The notes beneath the pieces are model-generated. The model was not told where the DNA came from. It was given only the letters and a program-made list of their open reading frames with translations, and ran no database searches. DNA of 64,000 bases from an uncultured delta proteobacterium (GTDB lineage: Bacteria > Myxococcota > Myxococcia > Myxococcales > Anaeromyxobacteraceae): positions 1 through 64,000 of the forward strand of contig CAWJSR010000003.1 in assembly GCA_963845515.1 (NCBI GenBank), given 5' to 3'. Shown one piece after another: positions 1 to 8,975 of this stretch. The translations under genes were made by a program, and so were the position numbers. The number at the start of each line of letters is the position of its first letter. Position 1 is the stretch's first letter.

Positions 1-42
1 GCACCGACGCCCGGCGGACCCGCTTGCGCGGGGTCGTTCAGC

Positions 43-1740
43 CTACCGCCTCGTATCCACGAAATCGAACGCAGGCAACTCCTTGATGCCGTAAGCCTTC
101 AGCGCCAGGTGGTCGAGCCTCGCGAAGTCGCGAGAGTCAAAGGCCTCGGCGATCTCCGTCGCAAGCCTTTTCGGGATCGACGCTGGCGCGGGGATGCGGA
201 TGCGCCGAAGGTACTGCGCCTGGAATCGCAGGTAGCCGCCGCGCATCTTCACCGCGTAGGACCAGACGAAGAAGAGCGCGACTCGGGAGCTCAGGAGACC
301 GCCGAGCACCCTCATGTCCCAGGAGTCGCTGACGACGAAGTAGAGGTTGTGGTGCGGGTGGTACTTCCCCGTCTCCAGTACGACCTCGTTGCTTCCCGCG
401 ATGTCCGGAATCAGCAGCTTGGGCTTGGGGACAAGCTCGGGGTAGACGCGGTCGATCGTCCGGAACCACGCTGATGGATTCTTCTGGGCGACGTGGCGCT
501 TCCTGATCTCCGGAGCGTGAGTTGCGAGGTACCGGGAGAGTCGCGGGTACTGCTTCAGGTCAACAACGGAGCCTTCGCGGCCGAAGGCGTTGATGACGAA
601 CCGGTGCGCGTTCCGGACCTTGCCCGCTTCGATGTCCTCGCGCATGACGAGCGGCACAAGTCGATCGCTCTCGATGTCCGCCCCCTCGTCCACGATGTAG
701 AGCTTGTCCAGGCCGGTTGCGACGCCGATCCGGACGTTCGTCTTGCCGTCGCCTTCAAGCGGCTGAAAGCGGTGCTCCAGCTCACGAAGCGTGGCCAGGT
801 GTTCTGGAGAGCTGAGGACCCAGGGTTCGTCGCCCTCGAACCATGCCCCGTAGATCGCGACGCTGGCGCCGCCGCGGGCGGAAGCCTGGGAAGTGGCGAG
901 CAGCTTCAGGAGCGCTTCGCATTCCTCGGGTGAAGCAGTAGCTAGGCGCCCCACCTTAACGTCGGTGGAGCGACCACGTCCGATCGCGAAGATCGACGGG
1001 TAGGCGATGACGTCGGATTCGAAGGGCGAAGCGGTGTGAAGATCGACGTAATGGATGACTCGAAATCCCCTCGAAACCTTTGCGCGGAGTGGCGCGCCGT
1101 ACCGATTGAGGGTCCAGCGGTCGGCGCAGATGAACGAGAGCACCCCCACTTCAGAGAGAAGGTCGAGGCTGCGCTCGATGAACGCGACATACAGATCGGC
1201 TCGATCGAAGAGCGAGACGTACCGGTCGCGGTACTCACGTTGAAGCTCGGGCGCGAGCTGCTCGATCCGGATGTAGGGAGGATTCCCGACTACGAAGTCG
1301 AAGCGCCGGTCGATGTGGGCGAGAAGGAAGTCGCCCTCGACAATCCAGCCCGCCGCAAGCCGCTTGGCCTCGTTCGGCGAAAGCCCAGCCTGCCGAAGCA
1401 CGGACGAGACGTTCTTGCGGGCGCGTGCCACGTGCTGGGGATCGACGTCGAATGCCAAGAACGCAGCCGACAACAGCCGCGGGTCGTGCCCAAAGCGCCT
1501 GCAGGAATCGATCAGCCGCTCAACTGCCGGGACCAGGAAGGCGCCGTGGCCGACGGCCGGTTCCAGCATGCTCGTTCGCGCGAGATCGCGGCGCGGGTCG
1601 TATCCCGCCAGATCGAGGATGAGGTCGACGACCTGGGGCCTCGTGAGCACCACGCCATGGATCTCGCCCGAACTACGCTGGCCGTAGTCATAGGCTGCTC
1701 TGGGTACGGAGAACGGCAGAGGTAGACGGGCCTGCTGCAT
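43..1740 (-). CDS. N6-adenine DNA methyltransferase, gamma class (M.PaeR7I/M.XhoI-like)
   Basis: SAM-binding motif LEPAVGHGAF, catalytic VVGNPPY, DLYVAFIE; 8 nt downstream of a PaeR7I-family endonuclease on the same strand. Confidence 0.93.
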   Translation of the reverse strand: MQQARLPLPFSVPRAAYDYGQRSSGEIHGVVLTRPQVVDLILDLAGYDPRRDLARTSMLEPAVGHGAFLVPAVERLIDSCRRFGHDPRLLSAAFLAFDVDPQHVARARKNVSSVLRQAGLSPNEAKRLAAGWIVEGDFLLAHIDRRFDFVVGNPPYIRIEQLAPELQREYRDRYVSLFDRADLYVAFIERSLDLLSEVGVLSFICADRWTLNRYGAPLRAKVSRGFRVIHYVDLHTASPFESDVIAYPSIFAIGRGRSTDVKVGRLATASPEECEALLKLLATSQASARGGASVAIYGAWFEGDEPWVLSSPEHLATLRELEHRFQPLEGDGKTNVRIGVATGLDKLYIVDEGADIESDRLVPLVMREDIEAGKVRNAHRFVINAFGREGSVVDLKQYPRLSRYLATHAPEIRKRHVAQKNPSAWFRTIDRVYPELVPKPKLLIPDIAGSNEVVLETGKYHPHHNLYFVVSDSWDMRVLGGLLSSRVALFFVWSYAVKMRGGYLRFQAQYLRRIRIPAPASIPKRLATEIAEAFDSRDFARLDHLALKAYGIKELPAFDFVDTRR

Positions 1741-1748
1741 GGCGCCCT

Positions 1749-2483
1749 TCAGATTGAAGCCTTGTAGGTTCTGGCGTGGCCGGCAAGCCCCGCGAGGAAC
1801 TTCTTTGCGGAGAGGTCTGCCGCCGGCTCGGTGTATCCGCCCTTCGGACCAGCCCGCGCCGCTGAGAGCAGGAGCGTCGAACCGTCAAAGAGTTTCTTGA
1901 GCACAAGCTTCCGAAGAAGAAGCTCGTATCGCTTCCCGTACGATGTTCCCTTGAACTCCGGGAAGACCGTGAAGTGAGGTTCATCGACGCCCACCGGTTC
2001 CCGGGACTTGGCGCAATCCTCGAGGAGCATCAGCCATCCCAACCAGGGACGCGGTCGCTCGAGTCCGAAGGCTCCCTTTTCGAACGCCTCCCATAGATCG
2101 GTGGCCGTACCGATCGCTTCTTCGGCCCGGTTGTTGAAGTTGTTCCCGAAGGATGGGCCCTTCTGGCTCTTGAACTCCAGTGCCGCGACGAGGTGGCCCT
2201 CGTGCACGACGAGCATGTCCCACTTCTTCGTGGCCCGGAAGAAGCCGGGGAGCACCAGCCGCGAGTCGGTGATGAGGCTCGCGTCCGGCATGTCGTTCTC
2301 GCGGAGCAGCCACCTGATGAGATGGCAGAACCCGTCCATCTGCTTGCCGCCCGTGACGGCGGCCCGCGCCCCGCGATCAGCGTCCCCCGCCAACTGGCGC
2401 CGCGACTGCTTCTTGAGCGTCTTCCAGTAATGGGCGACCGCGTCTGCGATGTGCGACTCGAAGCCCTTTGGCACCAGCGTCAT
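1749..2483 (-). CDS. PaeR7I/XhoI-family type II restriction endonuclease (family target CTCGAG)
   Basis: Family motifs AVTGGKQMDGF, LPGFFRATKKWD, EFKSQxGPSFGNNFNNRAEEAIGTAxD, PWLGWLMLLED. Confidence 0.9.
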   Translation of the reverse strand: MTLVPKGFESHIADAVAHYWKTLKKQSRRQLAGDADRGARAAVTGGKQMDGFCHLIRWLLRENDMPDASLITDSRLVLPGFFRATKKWDMLVVHEGHLVAALEFKSQKGPSFGNNFNNRAEEAIGTATDLWEAFEKGAFGLERPRPWLGWLMLLEDCAKSREPVGVDEPHFTVFPEFKGTSYGKRYELLLRKLVLKKLFDGSTLLLSAARAGPKGGYTEPAADLSAKKFLAGLAGHARTYKASI

Positions 2484-2520
2484 GGACCGAGAACCTAGCA
2501 GAGGACGCTGACTCTCTTGG

Positions 2521-2559
2521 GGGCGAGTAGCCCGCGATGCCGGACCGGATCGAGGCTCC
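2521..2559. repeat. ~39-bp intergenic direct repeat, copy 1 (copy 2 at 3844-3881)
   Basis: gggcgagtagcccgcgatgccggaccggatcgaggctcc vs gggcgagtag-ccgcgctgccgcaccggatcgaggctcc: 1 indel, 2 substitutions. Confidence 0.85.
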
Positions 2560-2579
2560 GGGCGGCGTAGGGCACCCAG

Positions 2580-3002
2580 CTACCCCGCGATGGTCACGAC
2601 GTGCCGCGAGGCTCCCGCCCAGCCCGAGATCCGCGTATCGAACGTGGCGAGCATGCCCTTGTGCCGCTGCGCGACGAGGACCAGGTAGGCGTCGCTGACC
2701 TGCTGGTGGCCGATGAGTGCAAACGAGGCCAGGTCCGCCACCGCGGGGAGCGCCTCCCAAGCGCGATGACCGGGGAGCTTGCAGATCCTCGCCAGCAGCC
2801 GCAGGGCGTCGCCCGGGGCCACCGCGTCCCGCGTGAACGCGGGGTTGGATGAGAGCCGCACGAACGCCAGCTCGGTGAGCGGGCAGGTGGCCCACCCCTC
2901 CTTCGACGAGCGGGTGAACCACCGGTGGGCAGGGGCGTGGTGCTGATGGTTGGGCCACGCGAGCGCCAGCAGCACGTTGACGTCCAGCAGGGCGACGCTC
3001 AC
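2580..3002 (-). CDS. vapC: VapC PIN-domain ribonuclease toxin
   Basis: LLDVNVLLAL...TELAFVR...DAYL...LATFD PIN acidic residues; GTG start overlaps antitoxin TGA. Confidence 0.9.
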   Translation of the reverse strand: MSVALLDVNVLLALAWPNHQHHAPAHRWFTRSSKEGWATCPLTELAFVRLSSNPAFTRDAVAPGDALRLLARICKLPGHRAWEALPAVADLASFALIGHQQVSDAYLVLVAQRHKGMLATFDTRISGWAGASRHVVTIAG

Positions 3003-3229
3003 AGCGTGTCGTCCTCCAGCAACGTGCGCGCGCGGTCGGCGGGGATGACCTCGGCGTCCGGCGAGACCTTGAAGGTCGGGAAGCCCCCCTTGGCCGCGAA
3101 GCCGGCCTGGGTCTTCAGACCGCGCCTGGCGAGCTCGGAGAGCACCTTCCCGAGCCTCTTGCCGGTGGTCCGCGCCAGCTCCCTGGCGGCCCGCGCCACG
3201 TCGTCGTCGAGGGTGATGGTGGTGCGCAT
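2999..3229 (-). CDS. vapB: VapB antitoxin (RHH-type), 76 aa
   Basis: MRTTITLDDDVARAARELAR...SELARRGL, the C-terminal part of track ORF 2999..3970; translationally coupled to vapC. Confidence 0.88.
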   Translation of the reverse strand: MRTTITLDDDVARAARELARTTGKRLGKVLSELARRGLKTQAGFAAKGGFPTFKVSPDAEVIPADRARTLLEDDTL

Positions 3230-3264
3230 GTAGATACTGTGATGCGCTGATGCAGGGGAGTCAA
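3230..3264 (-). promoter_or_regulatory. Putative vapBC promoter/operator
   Basis: Minus-strand TTGACT (3264-3259) followed by tandem GCATCA-gc-GCATCA (3253-3240) just upstream of the ATG; no SD. Confidence 0.5.
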
Positions 3265-3327
3265 GACGCACGAAGGCGGCTCGCCCATCGTGGCGATCTC
3301 CGGGCCAGCCGCCTTCCGCGCCCGCTC

Positions 3328-3813
3328 TCAGAGCTGCGCCGACTGCTGCGCCATCTGCTTCGCGAACTCCTCGCCGCCGCGCTTCATCTCCTCCGCGGTG
3401 AGATCCTTCTGGTGCGTGGCGAAGGACCACTGGTAGCCGAACGGATCCGTGACCACGGCGCAGCGGTCGCCCCAGAACATGTCCACGGGGGCGTAGGTGC
3501 TCTTGGCGCCGGCGGCGACGGCGCGCCCGTAGGCGGCGTCGCAGTCCTTCACGTAGAGCCAGAGCGTGAAGGGCGACGGCGCGCCGGGGGACGGGGCCGT
3601 GGCGCCACCCATCTCGTCGTTCACGAAGATGGTCGAGTCGCCGATCTTCAGCTCGCAGTGCCAGATGCTCTTGCCGTCCGGCGAGAGCGAGCGCCGGACC
3701 TCCTGCGCGTCGAGGGCGCGCTTGTAGAATTCGATCGCCTTCGCGCATTCGCGGATGACCAGGTTGGGTGTGACCGTGTGCAGCCCCTGTGGGATCGGGT
3801 TCACCTGCGCCAT
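3328..3813 (-). CDS. VOC/glyoxalase (PhnB-like) family protein
   Basis: MAQVNPIPQGLHTVTPNLV..AIEFYKRAL..HCELKIGDS..DMFWGDR..DPFGYQW; GGAGG SD upstream. Confidence 0.9.
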   Translation of the reverse strand: MAQVNPIPQGLHTVTPNLVIRECAKAIEFYKRALDAQEVRRSLSPDGKSIWHCELKIGDSTIFVNDEMGGATAPSPGAPSPFTLWLYVKDCDAAYGRAVAAGAKSTYAPVDMFWGDRCAVVTDPFGYQWSFATHQKDLTAEEMKRGGEEFAKQMAQQSAQL

Positions 3814-3843
3814 GTTGGCCTCCAGTGCGTGGATGGTTACAGC

Positions 3844-3881
3844 GGGCGAGTAGCCGCGCTGCCGCACCGGATCGAGGCTCC
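3844..3881. repeat. ~38-bp intergenic direct repeat, copy 2
   Basis: Near-identical to 2521-2559. Confidence 0.85.
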
Positions 3882-3972
3882 CTCGGGGCGCAAGCGGAGT
3901 TTGGCCGTCTGGTGTCCTGCCTCCTGCCGCCCCCGAGAGCACCTGCGGGGCTCCCGTGATATTTCTCCACCC

Positions 3973-6102
3973 TTGTCCAGAAAGCGCTCCCAGCCTCCGG
4001 CCACGAGCCCCGACGACCCGGCAGCCGGCCTGTCGGCCTCCGACCGCGCCATCGTCCAGGAGGAGGAGGCGCTCCTCGCCGCGGTGCAGGGCGCGCTCTC
4101 CGCGTGGATCGCCGTGCGGCATGACGGGGAGGAGCTCGCAGGCAGGCTCAAGGAGCTCAGGGAGGAGGCGCTCGAGGCGACCGCGAAGGACCTGCCCACG
4201 GTCTTCCAGGAGATGGGGCTCGTCCGCGCCGTGATGGAGCGGGGCCGCGCCGGGCCGCTCCCGGACGCCCGCGCCCCCTACTTCGCCCATCTGAGGGTCC
4301 GAAGCGGCGGCGAGCAGCGCGACTACTGCCTGGGGCGCGCCACCTTCGTGGCCCGCGACGCCGGCGTCCGGGTCGTGGACTGGCGCAACGCGCCGATCGC
4401 GGAGCTCTTCTACCGCTACCGCGAGGGCGAGGAGTTCGAGGAGACGCTCGCCGGAAGGCCGGTGCAGGGGACCGTCGAGGCGCGGCGGGTGACCGTGGTG
4501 AGCGGAGGGCGGCTCGTCCGGATCGGCACCGCCGAAGGCGAGCTCGTCCTCAGGCAGGACGGCAAGTGGGAGCGCGGTGGCGCCGGCGTGGCGCTCGGCG
4601 GCGGCGCAGGGACGGCTGCGCGCGACGGCTCGCTCGGGGTCGGCGCCGGCGCCTCGGGCCGCGCGGCGGCGGCGGAGGTGACCGCGCTCCTCGACGCAGA
4701 GCAGTACGCCGCCGTGACCGCCCCGGCGGACGAGCCGCTCCTGGTCGTCGGGAGCGCAGGCTCCGGCAAGACGACGGTGGCGCTGCACCGGCTCGCCCGG
4801 ATCGCCGCCGCAGATCCCCGCCGCTACCCGCCGTCGCGCATCGCCGTCGTGGTGCCCGAGGTAGGCCTCGCGCGGCTCTCGGCGCGGCTCCTGGAGCCGC
4901 TCGGCCACCAGAAGATCGCCGTGCGGACCCTGGACCAGTGGGCTCGCGGCGCCTTCCAGAGCGCCTTCGACACGCCGCCCCCGCGCCTCTGCCCCGATCC
5001 CCCCGCGCTCGTCATCCGGCTCAAGCGCCATCCGGCGCTCTACCGGGCGCTCGGCCGCCGCCCGCACCTCGCCGGGAAGACGCCATCGCTCGCCGCGCTG
5101 CGGCGGGAGCTCTCCGACCTCTTCATGGAGGAGCGGTTCCTGGCCGGCGTGGTCGCCGGCGCGGGAGGCGACCTGCCCACCACGGCCATCGCCGAGGTGC
5201 TGCGCCACACGCGGCTCCAGCTGGCGCCGCCTCCCGAGCAGGCGCTGGAGGGGATCGACCCGGAGCGGCTCAAGACGCTCGACGGGCTGCCGGTGGCAGA
5301 GGGGACGCCGGACTCGATCGCGGGGACCCTCGACGGCGAGGATCTCGTCCTGCTCCTCTTCCTGCAGGGGATCCGGGGAGGGGCCGGCGCGCGGCGCCTG
5401 GCGCACCTCGTGATCGACGAGGCGGAGGACCTCTCGCTCTTCGAGTTGGCCGTCCTCGGGCGGCAGCTCGACGGGAGCCGCAGCGTCACGGTCGCGGGAG
5501 ACGAGAGCCAGCAGACGGCGACGGGCCACGCAGGCTGGCGCCCGGCGCTGGAGGCGCTGGGCGTGGGCGACGCGTCGGAGGTCCGGCTCGCCACGAACTA
5601 CCGCTGCCCGCGGCCGGTCTCGGAGCTGGCCCACGCGATCCTCGGCCCGCTCGCCCCGCCGGAGCCGGCGCGCCCCGGCCGCGAGGGGGCCGAGGTCGGG
5701 CGCTTCGGGTTCCCAGCCGAGGCCCACGCGCAGCTCTTCCTTTCAGGGGCGCTCCGCGAGCTCGTGGAGCGTGAGCCGGAGGCCTCCATCGCCGTCATCG
5801 CCCACTCGCCGGGCGTCGCGCGGTCGGTCTACCGGCTCCTCGCCGATCTCCCCGAGGCGCGCCTGGTCCTCGACGGCCGCTTCACCTTCGCCCCCGGGAT
5901 CGACGTCACCGACGTCGAGAGCGCCAAGGGGCTGGAGTGGGACTACGTGGTGGTGCCAGACGCGTCGGTGGGGGCCTACCCCGACGCCGACGAGGCGCGC
6001 CGCCGGCTCCACGTCGCGGTCACCCGCGCGGCGCACCAGCTCTGGATCGCCGCGGTCGGGACGCCGTCGCCGCTGCTGCCTTCGATCACGGCGCGGCGTT
6101 GA
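3973..6102 (+). CDS. HelD/HelR-like SF1 (UvrD-family) ATPase; start approximate (TTG)
   Basis: N-terminal PYFAHL..VVDWRNAPIAELFY typical of HelD; GSAGSGKTT, LVIDEAED, NYRCP, AKGLEWDYVVV, LHVAVTRA. Confidence 0.82.
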   Translation: MSRKRSQPPATSPDDPAAGLSASDRAIVQEEEALLAAVQGALSAWIAVRHDGEELAGRLKELREEALEATAKDLPTVFQEMGLVRAVMERGRAGPLPDARAPYFAHLRVRSGGEQRDYCLGRATFVARDAGVRVVDWRNAPIAELFYRYREGEEFEETLAGRPVQGTVEARRVTVVSGGRLVRIGTAEGELVLRQDGKWERGGAGVALGGGAGTAARDGSLGVGAGASGRAAAAEVTALLDAEQYAAVTAPADEPLLVVGSAGSGKTTVALHRLARIAAADPRRYPPSRIAVVVPEVGLARLSARLLEPLGHQKIAVRTLDQWARGAFQSAFDTPPPRLCPDPPALVIRLKRHPALYRALGRRPHLAGKTPSLAALRRELSDLFMEERFLAGVVAGAGGDLPTTAIAEVLRHTRLQLAPPPEQALEGIDPERLKTLDGLPVAEGTPDSIAGTLDGEDLVLLLFLQGIRGGAGARRLAHLVIDEAEDLSLFELAVLGRQLDGSRSVTVAGDESQQTATGHAGWRPALEALGVGDASEVRLATNYRCPRPVSELAHAILGPLAPPEPARPGREGAEVGRFGFPAEAHAQLFLSGALRELVEREPEASIAVIAHSPGVARSVYRLLADLPEARLVLDGRFTFAPGIDVTDVESAKGLEWDYVVVPDASVGAYPDADEARRRLHVAVTRAAHQLWIAAVGTPSPLLPSITARR

Positions 6103-7753
6103 CCTGCTGCGCCTCGGGCGCGCGTGGCGCTCCAGGGACCGGCGGCGGCCGGTCGAACCGCGCGGTCACGCTCACCGCGCCGCGAAGGTTCACCTCGTGG
6201 CCGAGGAAGTCGCGGTTCCACCTGCGCTGGACGCCCAGCTCCCACGAGGCCTCGAACGGCCCCGCGAAGAAGAGCTGGCGCGCTGCGACCGTCAGCTCGA
6301 CGTCGTGCCCGAGGGCAGGCACGCCTGACGTGAGCGGGTCGGTGGAGTTCCAGTACGCCCCCTCGTTGCGGCCGATCCGCTCCACGTAGCCGCCGATCCG
6401 ACCCGAGGTGGAGAGCCAGTCGACGGCGAGTGTCTGGGCGTCGCCGCCGGGACCGATCCCCGCGCCGAGGAGCTGCCCGCCATTGGTGTAGCCGAGGTCG
6501 TTCCCGTGCGTGTACCAGGACGGGTTCGAGCTGCCGCGAACCTCCTGTAGGTGGGTCGCCTCCGCCTGGACCCGGAGCCAGCCGCTTCCGGCCCGGACGA
6601 GCTTCTGGAGCCCGACGAGCCACGCCTGCGTCCAGGCAGGGTCCTGGAGGAACTGGTTCACCGTGCTCCCCGAGTAGTCCTCCTTGCCCCACTCCCCGTA
6701 GATCTCCAGGGCGCTCTCTGGGAAGACCCAGCGGAGCCAGAGGGCCCCCAGCTGGTTGTCGAGCGGGTTGTCACCGGTGGGCGACCAGTAACCGATCTGC
6801 GTCTTCCAGGGTCCCTGCAGGAAGGGGAGGTAGTCGCGCACCCGCAGCCCCGTCCCCGGCTGGACGAAGACGCGCGCCGCGCCGACGTGCAGCCCCGGGA
6901 CCCAGCGCGGCTCGAAGGCCAGCGCCAGTCCGGTCAGGAGCGGATGCCCGCTCTCGGGGAACTGGCTGGACCGTTCGAGCCATCCCCAGAATGCCAGGAG
7001 CTCCAGCCTTCCGACCCAGACGTCGGCCGGGCGCGTGGTCCCGACGAAGGCATGCGGCACCCCCGGTGCCGTGTTGGACATCAAGAGCGAGTTCCGGATA
7101 CCGGGGCCGAGCCAGAGGTTCTCCGTCGAGAAGCCCAGCCCGACGTTGAAGGCGTCTGCGCGCACGTAGCTCTGTCCGGGGCCGGCCTTCGCGAAGGGGC
7201 CCGCACCGAAACGCTGGGGCAGGTCGAGGTCGGCCCCGTACCAGGGAGACATGAAGCGTAGGTCTCCGGCACCGCCGCTGGGCGTTTCGAAGAGGTGGTT
7301 CTGCTGCCAGGCGACCTCGGGTGCCAGCGCCGCAGAGAGCCAGCGCCACCGCGCCGCCACGCCCCCCGTGAGCTGCGCCGAGAGTCCTCGCCCGGCCCAG
7401 AGCAGACGGTCGTTGGCGCCGCTCGGGTAGCGGGAGTTCACGACGGCGTCGAGCCGCAGCGGCAGGACTCGCCAGGAGGACTCGTCCCCGGCAGCCGCGA
7501 GGCGGGCGGTCCAGGCGAAGGGGAGCTGTCCTGCGCACGCCTCGGCCGGCCCGGCGCCGCCGCGCCGGATCAGCAGGGACCGGACCGGAGCCGCTCCCGC
7601 GAGCTGCGCAGCACGCTCCAGCTCCTCGCCCCCGGAGCCCAGGCCGTTCACCTCGAAGTGCTCGCCAGGCCGGCAGGCAGCGGCGGGCTCTCCGGCCTGC
7701 GCCGTCGACGAAAGGAGGAGCGACACGGTGAGTGTGAAAATGATGTGGCGCAC
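6086..7753 (-). CDS. wzi: Capsule assembly Wzi-family outer-membrane beta-barrel
   Basis: Signal peptide after GTG 7753; STENLWLGPGIRNSLLMSNTAPG, DNQLGAL, GYTNGGQLLGAGIGPGG; next to wzb-wza-wzc. Confidence 0.8.
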   Translation of the reverse strand: MRHIIFTLTVSLLLSSTAQAGEPAAACRPGEHFEVNGLGSGGEELERAAQLAGAAPVRSLLIRRGGAGPAEACAGQLPFAWTARLAAAGDESSWRVLPLRLDAVVNSRYPSGANDRLLWAGRGLSAQLTGGVAARWRWLSAALAPEVAWQQNHLFETPSGGAGDLRFMSPWYGADLDLPQRFGAGPFAKAGPGQSYVRADAFNVGLGFSTENLWLGPGIRNSLLMSNTAPGVPHAFVGTTRPADVWVGRLELLAFWGWLERSSQFPESGHPLLTGLALAFEPRWVPGLHVGAARVFVQPGTGLRVRDYLPFLQGPWKTQIGYWSPTGDNPLDNQLGALWLRWVFPESALEIYGEWGKEDYSGSTVNQFLQDPAWTQAWLVGLQKLVRAGSGWLRVQAEATHLQEVRGSSNPSWYTHGNDLGYTNGGQLLGAGIGPGGDAQTLAVDWLSTSGRIGGYVERIGRNEGAYWNSTDPLTSGVPALGHDVELTVAARQLFFAGPFEASWELGVQRRWNRDFLGHEVNLRGAVSVTARFDRPPPVPGAPRAPEAQQVNAAP

Positions 7754-7857
7754 AGGTCGCGGATTATAGATGACGCACGGAGCCAAGTCGTCACAGGGCG
7801 TGTGTCTCACGTCCGGTGGACATTGGGATGTCCGTCCCTGTGGCATGATGCGCGGCC

Positions 7858-8487
7858 GTGCACCCCAGGGAAGACCGCGCCGCGCGCGCCTCGCCGCTCT
7901 GGCGGAGCTTCGGCTTCGCCTGGGAGGGGCTCGCCGAGGCGGCCCGCGGCCAGCGGAACATGCGGATCCACCTCGTCGCGGGGATCCTCGCCGGCTCGTT
8001 CGCGGCGGTCGCGCCGATGGCCGGCGCCGAGCGGGCGCTCGTCGTCCTCTGCGCGGCGCTGGTGGTCTCCGCCGAGGCGGCCAACACGGCCCTGGAGGCG
8101 CTGGTCGATCTGCACGGCGGACCGCCGTCGGAGCCGGCGCGCGTCGCGAAGGACGCCGCCGCCGGCGCCGTCCTCGCGCTCGCGGTGGCGAGCGTCGCCG
8201 TCTTCGGGATCGTCGTCACCGGGTCATGGACGGAGCTGGTCGCATCCTGGCGCGCGCTGATCCCGCCAGCGATCGCCGGCCTGGGGCTGGCGGCGGTGGC
8301 GGCGCTCTCGCTGGCGCGCGCCAGGCCGTCCGGCGCCGGGATCGCTCCGCTCGCGGCCGCCGGCGCGCTCTTCCTCGTGGCCTTGCTCGGGTCGGCGGCG
8401 AGCCCCGTCTGCGTCGCGGTCCCGGCAGTTCTCTTTGCCGTGGCGGTCTCCTCGGCACGGCGGGAAAAAGACGGTCACACGCAGTAG
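7858..8487 (+). CDS. dgkA: DgkA-family diacylglycerol/undecaprenol kinase with extra C-terminal TM helices
   Basis: SFGFAWEGL..QRNMRIH..EAANTALEALVDL..ARVAKDAAAGAVL. Confidence 0.8.
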   Translation: MHPREDRAARASPLWRSFGFAWEGLAEAARGQRNMRIHLVAGILAGSFAAVAPMAGAERALVVLCAALVVSAEAANTALEALVDLHGGPPSEPARVAKDAAAGAVLALAVASVAVFGIVVTGSWTELVASWRALIPPAIAGLGLAAVAALSLARARPSGAGIAPLAAAGALFLVALLGSAASPVCVAVPAVLFAVAVSSARREKDGHTQ

Positions 8488-8536
8488 ATCCCGCGCATCA
8501 GTCGGTGTATTAGGCGCTTTTCCGTAGGGGGGCAGC

Positions 8537-8975
8537 TTGCTGGGTAGGGTCCTGGTCGTCTGCGTTGGCAACATCTGCAGGAGTCCGATGTGCGAGGCGC
8601 TGCTTCGCCTTCGTCTCCCATCGCTCGAGGTGCGCTCGGCGGGACTGGCCGCGCTCGTCGCGAAGCCCGCCGACCCCACCGCTGTGGCGCTGATGGCCGA
8701 GCGCGGGATCGACCTCTCGTCGCATCGCGCAAGGCAGTTGACCGCCGCAATGGTGGAGGGGGTCGATCTCGGTGTTGGTGATGGAACAACGGCATCTCGC
8801 GGACGTCGAGTCGTTGACGCCAGCGGCGCGAGGGAGGGTGCACCTCCTCGGGCGGTTCGGGGGCTTCGAGGTCCCAGACCCCTACCGCAGGCCCCGCGAG
8901 GCGTTCGAGGAATCGCTCGCGCTCATCGAGCGGGGGCTGGACGACTACGCGAAGCGCTTCTGGAGCGACAAGTGA
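8537..8975 (+). CDS. wzb: Low-molecular-weight protein tyrosine phosphatase, +1 frameshift near 8771
   Basis: CVGNICRS active site in frame 8537; LVMEQRH..VPDPYR continues in frame 8772..8975. Confidence 0.85.
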
